The notes: a model not told the origin generated them from the sequence alone. Positions 9,596-19,393 are shown, counted from the stretch's first letter. The stretch: 64,000 nt of DNA from Nitrospirota bacterium (GCA_963721805.1 CAVRJY010000002.1:32001-96000); one strand, 5' to 3'. Numbers and translations are program-made.

Positions 9596-11041
9596 TCAGC
9601 CCTCGGCCGCGATGACGCGGTCGCGGCCCTGGCGCTTGGCCTCATAGAGGGCCTGGTCGGCGCGCTTGATCAGGTCCTTGCCGCTTTCGTTCTCGCGGTA
9701 GTCGGCCACACCGGCGCTGACGGTGATCGTGATCTCGCGGCCTTCGTGCGTCGTGACCGTCAGCTTTACGGCGTTTCGGAGCTTGTCGCCGACCTGTATG
9801 GCAAAGTTTTTGGGGCATTTCCTCAGCAGCACGAAGAACTCCTCCCCGCCCCAGCGGAATACCGAGTCAGAGGAGCGCACCCCGGCCTGCAATATCTTCG
9901 CGGTCCTCTCAAGGACCGCATCGCCGGCCTGGTGGCCGTAGGTGTCGTTTATCTCCTTGAAATGGTCGAGGTCCATGCTCAACAGCGCAAAGGGAGTCCC
10001 GTCGCGCCCGGCCTCGGCCACGGCCGCCTCGAACATCACGTCGAAGGCCTGCCGGTTATAAAGGCCGGTAAGCTTGTCCGTGCTGGCCATCTTCTCTACG
10101 CGCTCCTGGTACGAATGGATCGTCATCCGCGTCAGCCGCACGACGACGAAGCTGATAATTCCGCACACGAGCAGGTTTATCAGGAACGTCGTCCATATCC
10201 GCTTTTTGGCCTCGCGTTCGTTCTGCTCGACGAGCAGGTACCAGCCGAACTCGGGGATGTAGCGGGAGTTTAGGTGTATCGTCTCGCCGTGGCGGCGGAA
10301 CTGGAGCGAATTTTCGTTGGACGCGAAGACCTTGTCCGCGATCGGGCCGAGGCCCTCCATCTGGTGGATATTCGTTACCTCTCCGGGGAACTTGATGCCG
10401 TGGAACTGGACCTGGCCCTTGCTGTCGACGAAGAATATGCTGCGGCCGAACTGGCTCTGGTAGACCTCGATCTTCTTGTTGACGGACTCGACCGTCAGGC
10501 CCACGCCCGTAACTCCGATGAAATTGCCCTTATCGTCGACGACCGGGTAGTTGATGAAGATAGTCATGGTGCCGTCGTTGGCTGGGTCGCGGTCGACGTT
10601 TATCTCGTATTCGGCCTTGCTCTGCCTGGCGCGGAAGTACCAGGCGTCGCCGGGGTCGTCCTCGCTGACCTTCTTGATGACGCCCTTCGCGTGGTAGTAG
10701 AGGCGGGTCCTGTCAGAGACGAAGAAGCTCGTGACCATGCGGTATTTCTTCTGGATCATGCCCAGGTAGCGTGTGATCTCTTTGGGGTCCTTCTCGCCGC
10801 GTAGCACCCAGTCGTGCAGGAATGTGTCGGATGCCATGAGCGAGGAGACGAAGGTCGGGCGCACCAGGTCGCGCTGGATCTCGGAATAGACGTTGTCGCT
10901 CGTCAGCGGGAGCTCGTTTTGCCGGATCTCCTGGCGGAGCGAGGAGAGAGAGACGAAGTACCCTGCAAGGCTCGTGATGAGGAGCCCCACTATGGTGACC
11001 GAGCTTACCGCCACCGCCAGTTTGCCTTTGCGCGAAGACAT
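9596..11041 (-). CDS. Cache-sensor diguanylate cyclase
   Basis: TM-periplasmic-TM architecture; DLDHFKEINDTYGH and RWGGEEF. Confidence 0.9.
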   Translation of the reverse strand: MSSRKGKLAVAVSSVTIVGLLITSLAGYFVSLSSLRQEIRQNELPLTSDNVYSEIQRDLVRPTFVSSLMASDTFLHDWVLRGEKDPKEITRYLGMIQKKYRMVTSFFVSDRTRLYYHAKGVIKKVSEDDPGDAWYFRARQSKAEYEINVDRDPANDGTMTIFINYPVVDDKGNFIGVTGVGLTVESVNKKIEVYQSQFGRSIFFVDSKGQVQFHGIKFPGEVTNIHQMEGLGPIADKVFASNENSLQFRRHGETIHLNSRYIPEFGWYLLVEQNEREAKKRIWTTFLINLLVCGIISFVVVRLTRMTIHSYQERVEKMASTDKLTGLYNRQAFDVMFEAAVAEAGRDGTPFALLSMDLDHFKEINDTYGHQAGDAVLERTAKILQAGVRSSDSVFRWGGEEFFVLLRKCPKNFAIQVGDKLRNAVKLTVTTHEGREITITVSAGVADYRENESGKDLIKRADQALYEAKRQGRDRVIAAEG

Positions 11042-11128
11042 GCCAGCTATTCTAAGCCACAGGGCTCCGGCAGTCAACCTTGCGGGCCATCCCGGCCTTA
11101 TATGGATGTGCCGTCCGCCCGCCTTTTA

Positions 11129-11146
11129 TTCACAATTAGTTCACAA
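11129..11146 (+). promoter_or_regulatory. 11-bp-period direct repeat, OmpR/PhoB-type operator candidate
   Basis: TTCACAA-TTAG-TTCACAA in the divergent intergenic region. Confidence 0.45.
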
Positions 11147-11254
11147 ATAATTCAGGACAACTTCAAAATCTAGGAGTACAATTACCTTAGAAGTGCATAG
11201 ATGTCATTTCGGGACATCATTTTTTAACATGCGACGCAATCGGAGGATCAGGAC

Positions 11255-11770
11255 ATGCGAAAGACTATTCTCATCGCAGTTGCAGCACTGGCATTGATGC
11301 TCTCGGCCCCCGCGGCATGGGCGGCCGACGGCCACGACGGCCGAGACGGCGGCGACGGGATGCGCGGCTCGCGGTCAGGCGGCGCTGTTCAAACCCAGAG
11401 ATGGGGCGGCGGCCAACGCGGCGGACACTGGGGCGGCGGCGAACACTGGGGCGGCCATGACAGGGACTGGCATGGTGGCGGTGGCGGCGTCTGGATCGGC
11501 CCTGGCTGGGACCCGTTCTGGGGCCCATGGTGGTGGGGCGGGGGATATTACCCCTATCCTTCATATCCGTACTACCCGTACGCTCAGCCGCCTGTAGTGG
11601 TTCAGCCCGAAGAGTCTCCGATGTATCAGGAGCCCACGCAGGAGCCCAACCAGCAGTCTTACTGGTATCACTGTGACAACCCGGAGGGATACTATCCCTA
11701 CATAAAAGATTGCCCGGGCGGGTGGCAGAGGGTCGTGCCCACGCCGCCTCCGGCAGGAGGGGGACAATAA
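11255..11770 (+). CDS. Secreted Gly/Trp/Pro/Tyr-rich hypothetical protein
   Basis: Signal peptide, low-complexity core, C-terminal WYHC..PEGYYPYIKDCPGGW motif. Confidence 0.8.
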   Translation: MRKTILIAVAALALMLSAPAAWAADGHDGRDGGDGMRGSRSGGAVQTQRWGGGQRGGHWGGGEHWGGHDRDWHGGGGGVWIGPGWDPFWGPWWWGGGYYPYPSYPYYPYAQPPVVVQPEESPMYQEPTQEPNQQSYWYHCDNPEGYYPYIKDCPGGWQRVVPTPPPAGGGQ

Positions 11771-11773
11771 CCC

Positions 11774-12259
11774 ATGAAACGTGCGATAGTCGTATCAGCC
11801 ATGATAGTGTTCGTGCTGGCCGGTTGCGTGAGCGTTCCGATCGGCCCGAGGGTGATGGTCCTGCCCGCGCCAGGGAAACCCTTTGACGTCTTTGTCTCTG
11901 AGGAGAACACGTGCAGGGCATGGGCCTCGAGGCAGATTGGCCAGAGCACCCAGGAGACGGTCAACCAGAATGTAGCCGCCGGAGCGGTTGTGGGCACGGT
12001 AGTAGGCGCGGGCGTGGGCGCGGCCCTTGGTTCGGTTAGCGGCCATGCGGGCCAGGGCGCCGCGATAGGTGCCGGGACCGGTGCGCTGTTCGGCACCGCG
12101 CAGGGGGCCGAGAACGCGAGGTACTACGGCGAGGAGGCCCAGAGGCGCTATGACATAGCATACATACAGTGCATGTATTCCTATGGCAACCAGGTGCCCG
12201 GACGGCGCGGCAGCAGCAACTACCAGAGCGTCCCGCCTCCGCCTCCGCCTTCGAGGTAG
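11774..12259 (+). CDS. Glycine-zipper lipoprotein
   Basis: LAGC lipobox; GAVVGTVVGAGVGAALG zipper. Confidence 0.85.
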   Translation: MKRAIVVSAMIVFVLAGCVSVPIGPRVMVLPAPGKPFDVFVSEENTCRAWASRQIGQSTQETVNQNVAAGAVVGTVVGAGVGAALGSVSGHAGQGAAIGAGTGALFGTAQGAENARYYGEEAQRRYDIAYIQCMYSYGNQVPGRRGSSNYQSVPPPPPPSR

Positions 12260-12282
12260 CTCGCAGCATTAGACGATAAGAG

Positions 12283-12312
12283 AGCACCCCGCCGAGGCGG
12301 GGTGCTTTTTTT
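12283..12312 (+). terminator. Intrinsic terminator
   Basis: AGCACCCC-gccgaggc-GGGGTGCT followed by a T run. Confidence 0.85.
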
Positions 12313-12333
12313 GTCCGCAATCCAGCCGATTGA

Positions 12334-12426
12334 AACATCATTGTCGCAAGTCCCCATTTTTGTATCATCACGCAAATTATTATTCCCTGCTAATTCAAGA
12401 GGTTGCCTGCTGGCATGGAACTTGTA
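12334..12426 (+). promoter_or_regulatory. sigma54 promoter with IHF site and paired upstream boxes
   Basis: TGGCATG-N4-TTGTA at 12411-12426; IHF-like ATTCAAGAGGTTG just upstream; boxes at 12334 and 12353. Confidence 0.6.
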
Positions 12427-12487
12427 TTTCCGTCCTCGACTGGCTGGACGGCCATGAGGGCGGCTAAATAATTTACTGGAGGACACG

Positions 12488-13273
12488 GTGATGAAGAGAA
12501 GGTTTACGAGTTTGGTATTGGGGTTGCTGCTGGTTCTGGGGGCAACCGGCGTGGCTTTGGCTGATGAGGCCCCGGCCGCGGCCCCTTCCATACCCACATC
12601 CGCTACGGCGTCGGTAAGCTACCTAAGCCAGTATGTCTGGCGCGGCCTCGTCCTGAGCGACGGGTGGGTGATACAGCCCTCGATAGACTTCAACTACGGC
12701 GGGTTTAATGCCAATCTGTGGATGAACTACGACAGGAACCCGGACATCCAGCAGACGAACGAGACTGACCTGACTCTTAAATACACATACTCGGTCAAGG
12801 ACCTGAGCCTGAGCGCGGGCTATATCTACTATGGCGTCGTGGGCGCAAACACCGAAGAGGCGTTCGCCACACTCTCGTACGCGACGATCTTAAACCCGTC
12901 GATCACCTACTACCAGGACCTCCGTCTCGGCGATGGCGGCGGCTTCGCGGTGCTCGCGGTGAGCCAGACGAGCCCTGAGCTCTGGCACGGGATCACGGCC
13001 GGAGGCGGCGCATCTGTGGGGTATGACTGCAACGATGCGGTGATGGGATTTAAGAAGGACGGCAAGAAGTACAGCGGATTCTACAACGGCGAGCTCTCGA
13101 CCTTCGTCAACATACCCGTGACGAAGGCTATCTCGATCAGGCCGTCGCTGGCGTACGACTTCCCGCTTACGAAGGACGCGGCATACATAATGAAGTCCTC
13201 GTCCATGGCCTTCGCGGGTAACGCTCATAACTCCGTGCTCTGGGGCGGAGTGACGGTAGCGCTGGCATTCTAA
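12488..13273 (+). CDS. Putative outer-membrane protein (TIGR02001/Gcw_chp-like) of nitrogen loci
   Basis: Signal peptide, SQYVWRG motif, amphipathic beta-strands, C-terminal Phe. Confidence 0.7.
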   Translation: MMKRRFTSLVLGLLLVLGATGVALADEAPAAAPSIPTSATASVSYLSQYVWRGLVLSDGWVIQPSIDFNYGGFNANLWMNYDRNPDIQQTNETDLTLKYTYSVKDLSLSAGYIYYGVVGANTEEAFATLSYATILNPSITYYQDLRLGDGGGFAVLAVSQTSPELWHGITAGGGASVGYDCNDAVMGFKKDGKKYSGFYNGELSTFVNIPVTKAISIRPSLAYDFPLTKDAAYIMKSSSMAFAGNAHNSVLWGGVTVALAF

Positions 13274-13383
13274 GGAAGGCATCCCTCCCCCCCTCCGGCA
13301 ACGGTCCCCGGCGTGCCGTTGCCGGGGGGAACTCCTTTGGCCCGGCGTGTGTGGATTTCAGCATTTTGTAGAGCGAAGCAGGC

Positions 13384-14205
13384 ATGAGCGACATAGAGAA
13401 AGGCATGAACCCCAAAGACAGACTGATAACGAGCCGCAACCGGGAGCTGGAGGCCGTGCTGGAGGTCAGCCGGGTCCTGACGGGCTCGTTCGACCTGCAG
13501 GAGAACCTGACGGCGGCGATGGAGACGCTGGGGATAATGCTCGATCTGGAGCGCGGGTGCGTGTTCCTCAGAGACGGGGAGACGGACGAGCTTCGGATAA
13601 TTGCGGCGCACGGGCTTACGCGGGATGAGATCTCGCGCGGCATATACAAGGCGGGCGAGGGGATCGTGGGCTCGGTGATCGAGAGCGGGCAGCCGATGTT
13701 CATCCCTGACATCGGGGCCGAGCCGAAGTTTTTAAACCGCACCGGGTCGAGGCCGACGAAGAAGGGCATCTCGTTCATCTGCGTGCCTATCATGCTCAAG
13801 GGCGCGGCGATGGGCGTGCTGAGCGTAGACCGGATATACTCCGATGAGCGCGGCGGGCTGGACGACGACCTCCGCGTGCTGGGGATAGTCTCATGGTTCA
13901 TAGCGCAGTTCGTCGCGTTTGAGGGCTACGCCCGGCAGGGCAGCATATCGCTTATGAAACCTCGCTGGGAGCATGCATTGGCCAATCCCGGATCTTCGGG
14001 AGCGGGCTCGCTCAGAGATGAGGTGATCAACCTCGAGCGCGAGCGGATGATTCGGGCGCTTACCGAAAACTCCTTCGTGCAGCACCGCGCAGCGACGGCC
14101 CTCGGCATCACGCCGCGGCAGTTCGGCTACAGGCTCAGGAAGTACGGCATCGACCCCGACGCCCTCAAATACGCGACCAGGATCCATACCGACCAGGGCG
14201 TCTAA
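13384..14205 (+). CDS. NifA-like GAF + Fis-type HTH protein lacking the AAA+ domain
   Basis: GAF motifs GEGIVGSV, EPKFLNRTGSR, SFICVPI and GVLSVDR; HTH VQHRAATALGITPRQFGYRLRKYGI; no Walker A or GAFTGA. Confidence 0.8.
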   Translation: MSDIEKGMNPKDRLITSRNRELEAVLEVSRVLTGSFDLQENLTAAMETLGIMLDLERGCVFLRDGETDELRIIAAHGLTRDEISRGIYKAGEGIVGSVIESGQPMFIPDIGAEPKFLNRTGSRPTKKGISFICVPIMLKGAAMGVLSVDRIYSDERGGLDDDLRVLGIVSWFIAQFVAFEGYARQGSISLMKPRWEHALANPGSSGAGSLRDEVINLERERMIRALTENSFVQHRAATALGITPRQFGYRLRKYGIDPDALKYATRIHTDQGV

Positions 14206-14312
14206 CAAAACCTTTACAACCCTACCATTATGTCCTACAATTTCGTATGATGTTGCGGATTGGTAACCTCACGCCTCGCCTGAACTCCCTGATATATCGG
14301 CAAATATGTATT

Positions 14313-14328
14313 TGGCACGAAAAGTGGA
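14313..14328 (+). promoter_or_regulatory. sigma54 promoter of glnK-amtB
   Basis: TGGCACG-N4-GTGGA: strong -24, degenerate -12. Confidence 0.5.
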
Positions 14329-14361
14329 TATCAATTTGGTAACCAGCATCAATAATGTTAG

Positions 14362-14718
<357 letters not shown>

Positions 14719-14722
14719 GGCC

Positions 14723-16111
14723 ATGAGACTCCACAGGGTATTCGCTGCACTGGTATTGATGCTGATGCTCGGCATGATGGGCTCTGCTGTAGCCTTCGCG
14801 GATGAGGGGGGCGCGGCCCCTCTCACTACGGCCCAGTCCGCTGTTGTAGCCGCAGTACCCGCCGCCCCGGCCCCGGCGGCCCCGAAGGTCGACAGCGGCG
14901 ATACCGCATGGATGCTGGCCGCGACCGCGCTGGTCATGTTTATGACCCCCGGCCTCGCGCTCTTCTACGGCGGCATGGTGCGGCGCAAAAACGTGCTCGG
15001 CACGATGATGCACAGCTTCATCATACTTTGCATGGTGAGCATCGCGTGGATAGTGTACGTATACAGCATGGCCTTCGGCCCGTCGATTCACGGCTTCGTC
15101 GGCAACCTCGACTGGCTGGGGCTTCGGGGCGTCGGAGCGGCGCCGAGCGACAAGTACGGCTCGACCATACCGCACATCCTATTTATGATGTATCAGGGCA
15201 TGTTCGCGATCATCACGCCGGCGCTCATCACCGGCGCGTTCGCGGAGCGCATGAAGTTCAAGGCCCTCGTGCTGTTTTCGATCCTCTGGCTGACGGTCGT
15301 GTACGCGCCCGTATGCCACTGGGTCTGGAACGTCGACGGCTGGCTCGCCAAGAAGGGCGCGCTTGACTTTGCGGGCGGCACGGTCGTGCATATAAACTCG
15401 GCCATCGCGGGCCTGGTCGGCGCGTTCATGCTCGGCAAGAGGAAGGGCTATCAGGTGGAGGCGATGCCTCCGCACAACCTGACGCTCACCTTCATAGGCG
15501 GCGCGATACTCTGGTTTGGGTGGTTCGGGTTCAATGCCGGAAGCGCGCTTGGCGCTAACGGCCTGGCCGGATTTGCGTTCGTCAACACCAACACCGGTGC
15601 GGCCGCGGCCGCACTGGGCTGGTCGCTCGCGGAGTGGATGCACCACGGCAAGGCCACCGTGCTCGGCGCTGTGTCGGGCTGCGTGGCCGGGCTGGTTGCG
15701 ATCACGCCGGCGGCGGGTTTCGTGACCCCGATGGCAGCTATCGCAATCGGCATCGGCGGCGGGGTGCTCTGCTATCTGGCCGTAAGCGTCAGGCCCAAGC
15801 TCGGTTATGACGATTCGCTCGACGTCTTCAGCGTGCACGGCATAGGCGGCATATGGGGCGCGCTCGCCACCGGACTGTTCGCGACCAAGCTCATCAACCC
15901 TGCCGGAGGCGACGGCCTGTTCTACGGCAACCCCGGTCAGCTCGGCGTGCAGGCGACCGCCGTAGTCGCGACGCTGGTATACTCCGGCGTGGTGAGCTTC
16001 ATACTCTACAAGGTAGTTGACCTGCTCGTCGGACTGAAGGTCTCGGTGGATGACGAACGCAAGGGGCTGGATCTGTCCCAGCACGGGGAAGAGGGCTACC
16101 AGGGGTTCTGA
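14723..16111 (+). CDS. amtB: Ammonium transporter
   Basis: Motifs GDTAWML, DFAGGTVVH, WFGFNAGS and DDSLDVFSVHG. Confidence 0.95.
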   Translation: MRLHRVFAALVLMLMLGMMGSAVAFADEGGAAPLTTAQSAVVAAVPAAPAPAAPKVDSGDTAWMLAATALVMFMTPGLALFYGGMVRRKNVLGTMMHSFIILCMVSIAWIVYVYSMAFGPSIHGFVGNLDWLGLRGVGAAPSDKYGSTIPHILFMMYQGMFAIITPALITGAFAERMKFKALVLFSILWLTVVYAPVCHWVWNVDGWLAKKGALDFAGGTVVHINSAIAGLVGAFMLGKRKGYQVEAMPPHNLTLTFIGGAILWFGWFGFNAGSALGANGLAGFAFVNTNTGAAAAALGWSLAEWMHHGKATVLGAVSGCVAGLVAITPAAGFVTPMAAIAIGIGGGVLCYLAVSVRPKLGYDDSLDVFSVHGIGGIWGALATGLFATKLINPAGGDGLFYGNPGQLGVQATAVVATLVYSGVVSFILYKVVDLLVGLKVSVDDERKGLDLSQHGEEGYQGF

Positions 16112-16171
16112 GAGATTTTTATCCGTATACACGCGGGGGTGGAGCGACGTGCTCCATCCCCGCTTACTTTT

Positions 16172-16351
16172 TTCAAAGCGCGCCAAATCGCTTGATACGT
16201 CGTTGGGCTTCAAAGACTCGCCCTCTATGTACGCCCAAGTACACCATCGGGCGGTCTTCTCGCCCTGCCTTGTCTGAAGACGATTTGGGCGCGCTTTCGG
16301 GGGTTAATAGCTGCTACGCAGATGGACCCCCGCGCCCCCGTGGTCAACGGC
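16172..16351 (-). repeat. RPE/CIR-like palindromic element, module A left arm
   Basis: AAAGCGCGCCAAATCG...CGATTTGGGCGCGCTTT hairpin ending in GGTCAACGGC; near-identical inverted copy at 17777-17951. Confidence 0.9.
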
Positions 16352-16391
16352 ATGATTAGAGATATTGCATTTGCTTATGATAGGTGTGCTA

Positions 16392-17414
16392 TCAATTAGT
16401 TAGTTTTGAGCTAATCCCACTTAAATACTCAAGCGCGCTGTCTTCATCGTATATTACCTTTGTCCCATATATTTCATGAAGGGCTAATGGTTTATCGCAT
16501 ATCCAATGTGCAAGGCTTGTTTCAGTTAGAAAGGCATCACAATAGGGTAAAGCCCATTGAGCATGAGAAATATCTGTCAGGTCGTTTGGCTTAAATCGCT
16601 GGCTTTTGTTATATCTAAATAACGCATGGATACTTGCGCCAATATGAATCCAAGGCAATTCCTTGTTAATCTTCTTTTGATCGAAGGCAGCGTAAATGAA
16701 TAGTCGCGTTTGTTTAACTAACTCAGTTCGAACTGTTTCATCCCATGAAGGTGCATGGCCTGTATTCTTAGCATCAAGAAATTCCCAGACCCCATCGATG
16801 TCGTCTTTGAGAACATCCAAGCTTCCTGTAATCTCTAGCATGAATACTTCGTGAAATGTTTTCCAATCTTGGTTTTCATCCTTTCCGTGATTCAGTCTTG
16901 CTATTAAATCTTCTGAATTTTTAGTGTGAAATTCTCCAGAAATATCCTCAGTTTTTCTCCATACATACTTTGCCGGGGTATATGGTTGATTGCCTTTAAC
17001 TTTACTCTCACTATTACGAATAAACAAGATGAGTTCTTGTCCAGCAATACTCAGCGGTGATAAGAAAGTTATCTGTTGGCTTAGTTCGTCCATCACTTTT
17101 GCGATCTGAAGCTTTCCTTGCTCATTACCGTAATTAATTAAATCTTTATGCACATGGGGGCTAAGAGGACAAATTGCAATATTTGAGCGGACGAGCATTT
17201 TCAATATATTGAAGATGTCTACTTGCCTAGGAGATGCCTTGCCAATTGAAGCATTGCTCATATTAATCCAATAGTTGGTATCAAGGTAAATCCTATGCTT
17301 CTTGAGCATTTCTTCTCCAAGTTCGATTTTTGATTGCTCATAAAGTTCTTCATTATGCATAGAAACTATTTTAAACCTTTGTGCAGAATTATTCTCTTGA
17401 AACCATGCGGACAC
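16392..17414 (-). CDS. AT-rich cargo protein, PIN-like nuclease fold likely
   Basis: IYLDTNYWI near the N-terminus and NDLTDISHA..ALPYCDAFLTE near the C-terminus fit PIN-type acidic motifs. Confidence 0.6.
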   Translation of the reverse strand: MSAWFQENNSAQRFKIVSMHNEELYEQSKIELGEEMLKKHRIYLDTNYWINMSNASIGKASPRQVDIFNILKMLVRSNIAICPLSPHVHKDLINYGNEQGKLQIAKVMDELSQQITFLSPLSIAGQELILFIRNSESKVKGNQPYTPAKYVWRKTEDISGEFHTKNSEDLIARLNHGKDENQDWKTFHEVFMLEITGSLDVLKDDIDGVWEFLDAKNTGHAPSWDETVRTELVKQTRLFIYAAFDQKKINKELPWIHIGASIHALFRYNKSQRFKPNDLTDISHAQWALPYCDAFLTETSLAHWICDKPLALHEIYGTKVIYDEDSALEYLSGISSKLTN

Positions 17415-17506
17415 TCATGAGCAATAAAGCAATTCCATCTTGTGTCCGAAGCTGGCACACAATCACAAGATACGCCCCCATACCACAACACCCCGGAACT
17501 GGTCAA

Positions 17507-17536
17507 TGGGAACTGGTTCCTAGGAACCAGTTCCCA
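17507..17536. repeat. Perfect 30-bp palindrome
   Basis: TGGGAACTGGTTCCTAGGAACCAGTTCCCA equals its own reverse complement. Confidence 0.9.
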
Positions 17537-17636
17537 GGAAGCGGTTCCCATGGACGCGTTCCGCCTTTTCGTTCTATCATCGCGCATGAAGTATATAGCA
17601 GATATATTAACGGGACGGAAAACCGGGCGGCCACAT

Positions 17637-17951
17637 GAAAAACGTTTCTGAACGCATGAACACAGGGGTAGCTAAAAAGCGATGAAATCCGCGAGGTTGA
17701 GATGCGTTTTGTTTTTTCATTTGAACGCCCTAAAAAAATACGCGCGGCCGCGCGCGATAACTATGTATATAACTAAGCCGTTGACCTTGTGGGGCGCGGG
17801 GGGCGTCCTTCATCCGTGCCCCCCGAAAGCGCGCCCAAATCGTCTTCAGACAAGGCAGGGCGAGAAGACCGCCCGATGGTGTACTGTGACGTACATGGAG
17901 GGCGAGTCTTTGATGCCCAACGACGTATCAAGCGATTTGGCGCGCTTTGAA
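17637..17951 (+). repeat. Module A right ('long') arm: conserved subterminal segment plus palindromic element
   Basis: 17637-17776 is similar to 34426-34565; 17777-17951 is GCCGTTGACC plus hairpin. Confidence 0.9.
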
Positions 17952-17964
17952 GAAGGATAGTTTG

Positions 17965-19314
17965 CTAAACCAAAAGGTAGTATCTCACCCAGACGTACAG
18001 GGTAGATACCCCGACCGTCAGTATCATGATCGGCATGCCTATGGACATGAAGCGCAGGAACGACACCTTCCGCCCTGCGCGTTCCGCCATCTCCAGCACT
18101 ATCACGTTTGCGGACGCGCCGATAGCCGTCCCGTTTCCGCCGAGGCAGGCCCCAAGCGCGAGCGACCACCATACGGGCATCAGTTCGTGGTGCTGCAGGA
18201 GCTGGACCCCGCTCAAGTTCGGCCAGAGCTGCCTGCCTATGTCCACTATGAGCGGGTTCATCGTCGCCACATAAGGGATGTTGTCGATGAACGCCGAGGC
18301 GAAGGCCGAAAACCACATCACGACCATCGAGGTCGCGAGCATCCGGCCGTGCGTGATGTCCAGGACCCTTATGGCGAGCCAGTTTATGAGCCCGACCTTC
18401 ACGACCGCGCCTACGATGATGAAAAGCCCGATGAAGAAAAATATCGTCGGCCACTCGACCTCGGCGAATACCGCGTGCAGGTTCTCGGGCCGCGACAGGA
18501 GCAGGAGCGCCCCGGCCCCCGCAAGCGCAACGGTCGCGGGCTGCAGGTGCAGTGTCCCGTGCAGGACGAAGCCGACCAGCACGACCGCGAGCACGCACAG
18601 GGACTTGGTGAGCATCACCGGATCGGTAATCGCCTCGCGCTCGTCCATCGCCATCACGCGCGCCTTGAGCGCGTCCGTGGCCCGCAGCTTCCGGCCCCAG
18701 ATCAGCCTTATCGCGCCGAGATAGCTGATCATTACCAGCGCTATCGCGGGCGTGAGGTGAATGATGAAGTCCATGAAGTCCAGATGCGCCTTAGACGCGA
18801 TCATTATGTTCGGCGGGTCGCCGATGAGCGTGGCGGTGCCGCCTATGTTCGAGGCCAGCGCGCACGAGATCAGAAACGGCACGGGGTCGAGCTCCAGCGC
18901 GTCGGCGATGAGCATGGTCACCGGCCCGATCAGGAGCACGGTGGTCACGTTGTCGAGGACGGCGCTCAGTATGGCGGTGACTATCGAGAACGCGGCCAGT
19001 ATGCGGAATGGCTCGCCCCGGCCCCACTTCGCGCTCTTTATCGCGATGTACTCAAACAGCCCGGTCGGCCGCGTCAGGTTCACGATGATCATCATCGAGA
19101 TCAGCAGGCATATGACGTTCCAGTCCACGCCGAGCTCCTCGGTGTGGAACGCGTCGTGCTGGTCGAGCACGCGCAGCACGAGCAGCACCGCCGCGCCGAG
19201 TATCGCGACCGTGGTCTTGTGGAGCTTCTCAGAGACGATCAGCGCATAGGCGAGCGCGAACACCCCGGCCGCGATCCAGAACTGCGCGCTGAACGCGGGA
19301 TCGACCGGGATCAT
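17965..19314 (-). CDS. ArsB/NhaD (IT superfamily) permease
   Basis: Motifs LDNVTTVL, SNIGGTATLIGDPPNI and GGNGTAIGASAN. Confidence 0.9.
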   Translation of the reverse strand: MIPVDPAFSAQFWIAAGVFALAYALIVSEKLHKTTVAILGAAVLLVLRVLDQHDAFHTEELGVDWNVICLLISMMIIVNLTRPTGLFEYIAIKSAKWGRGEPFRILAAFSIVTAILSAVLDNVTTVLLIGPVTMLIADALELDPVPFLISCALASNIGGTATLIGDPPNIMIASKAHLDFMDFIIHLTPAIALVMISYLGAIRLIWGRKLRATDALKARVMAMDEREAITDPVMLTKSLCVLAVVLVGFVLHGTLHLQPATVALAGAGALLLLSRPENLHAVFAEVEWPTIFFFIGLFIIVGAVVKVGLINWLAIRVLDITHGRMLATSMVVMWFSAFASAFIDNIPYVATMNPLIVDIGRQLWPNLSGVQLLQHHELMPVWWSLALGACLGGNGTAIGASANVIVLEMAERAGRKVSFLRFMSIGMPIMILTVGVSTLYVWVRYYLLV

Positions 19315-19393
19315 CTCGATTCACCATTGCCGAGGCGGCCGCTCGGCTTAACCATCAAGTTCCTGGCCCTCATGGGCACCCCTCTCTCCCCTC

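Noticed and set aside
16172..17951. Repeats as a CRISPR array or integron attC sites
   Set aside because: They are too long, dispersed and inverted for CRISPR, with no cas genes. They are not in direct tandem orientation, GTTGACC does not fit GTTRRRY, and there is no intI.
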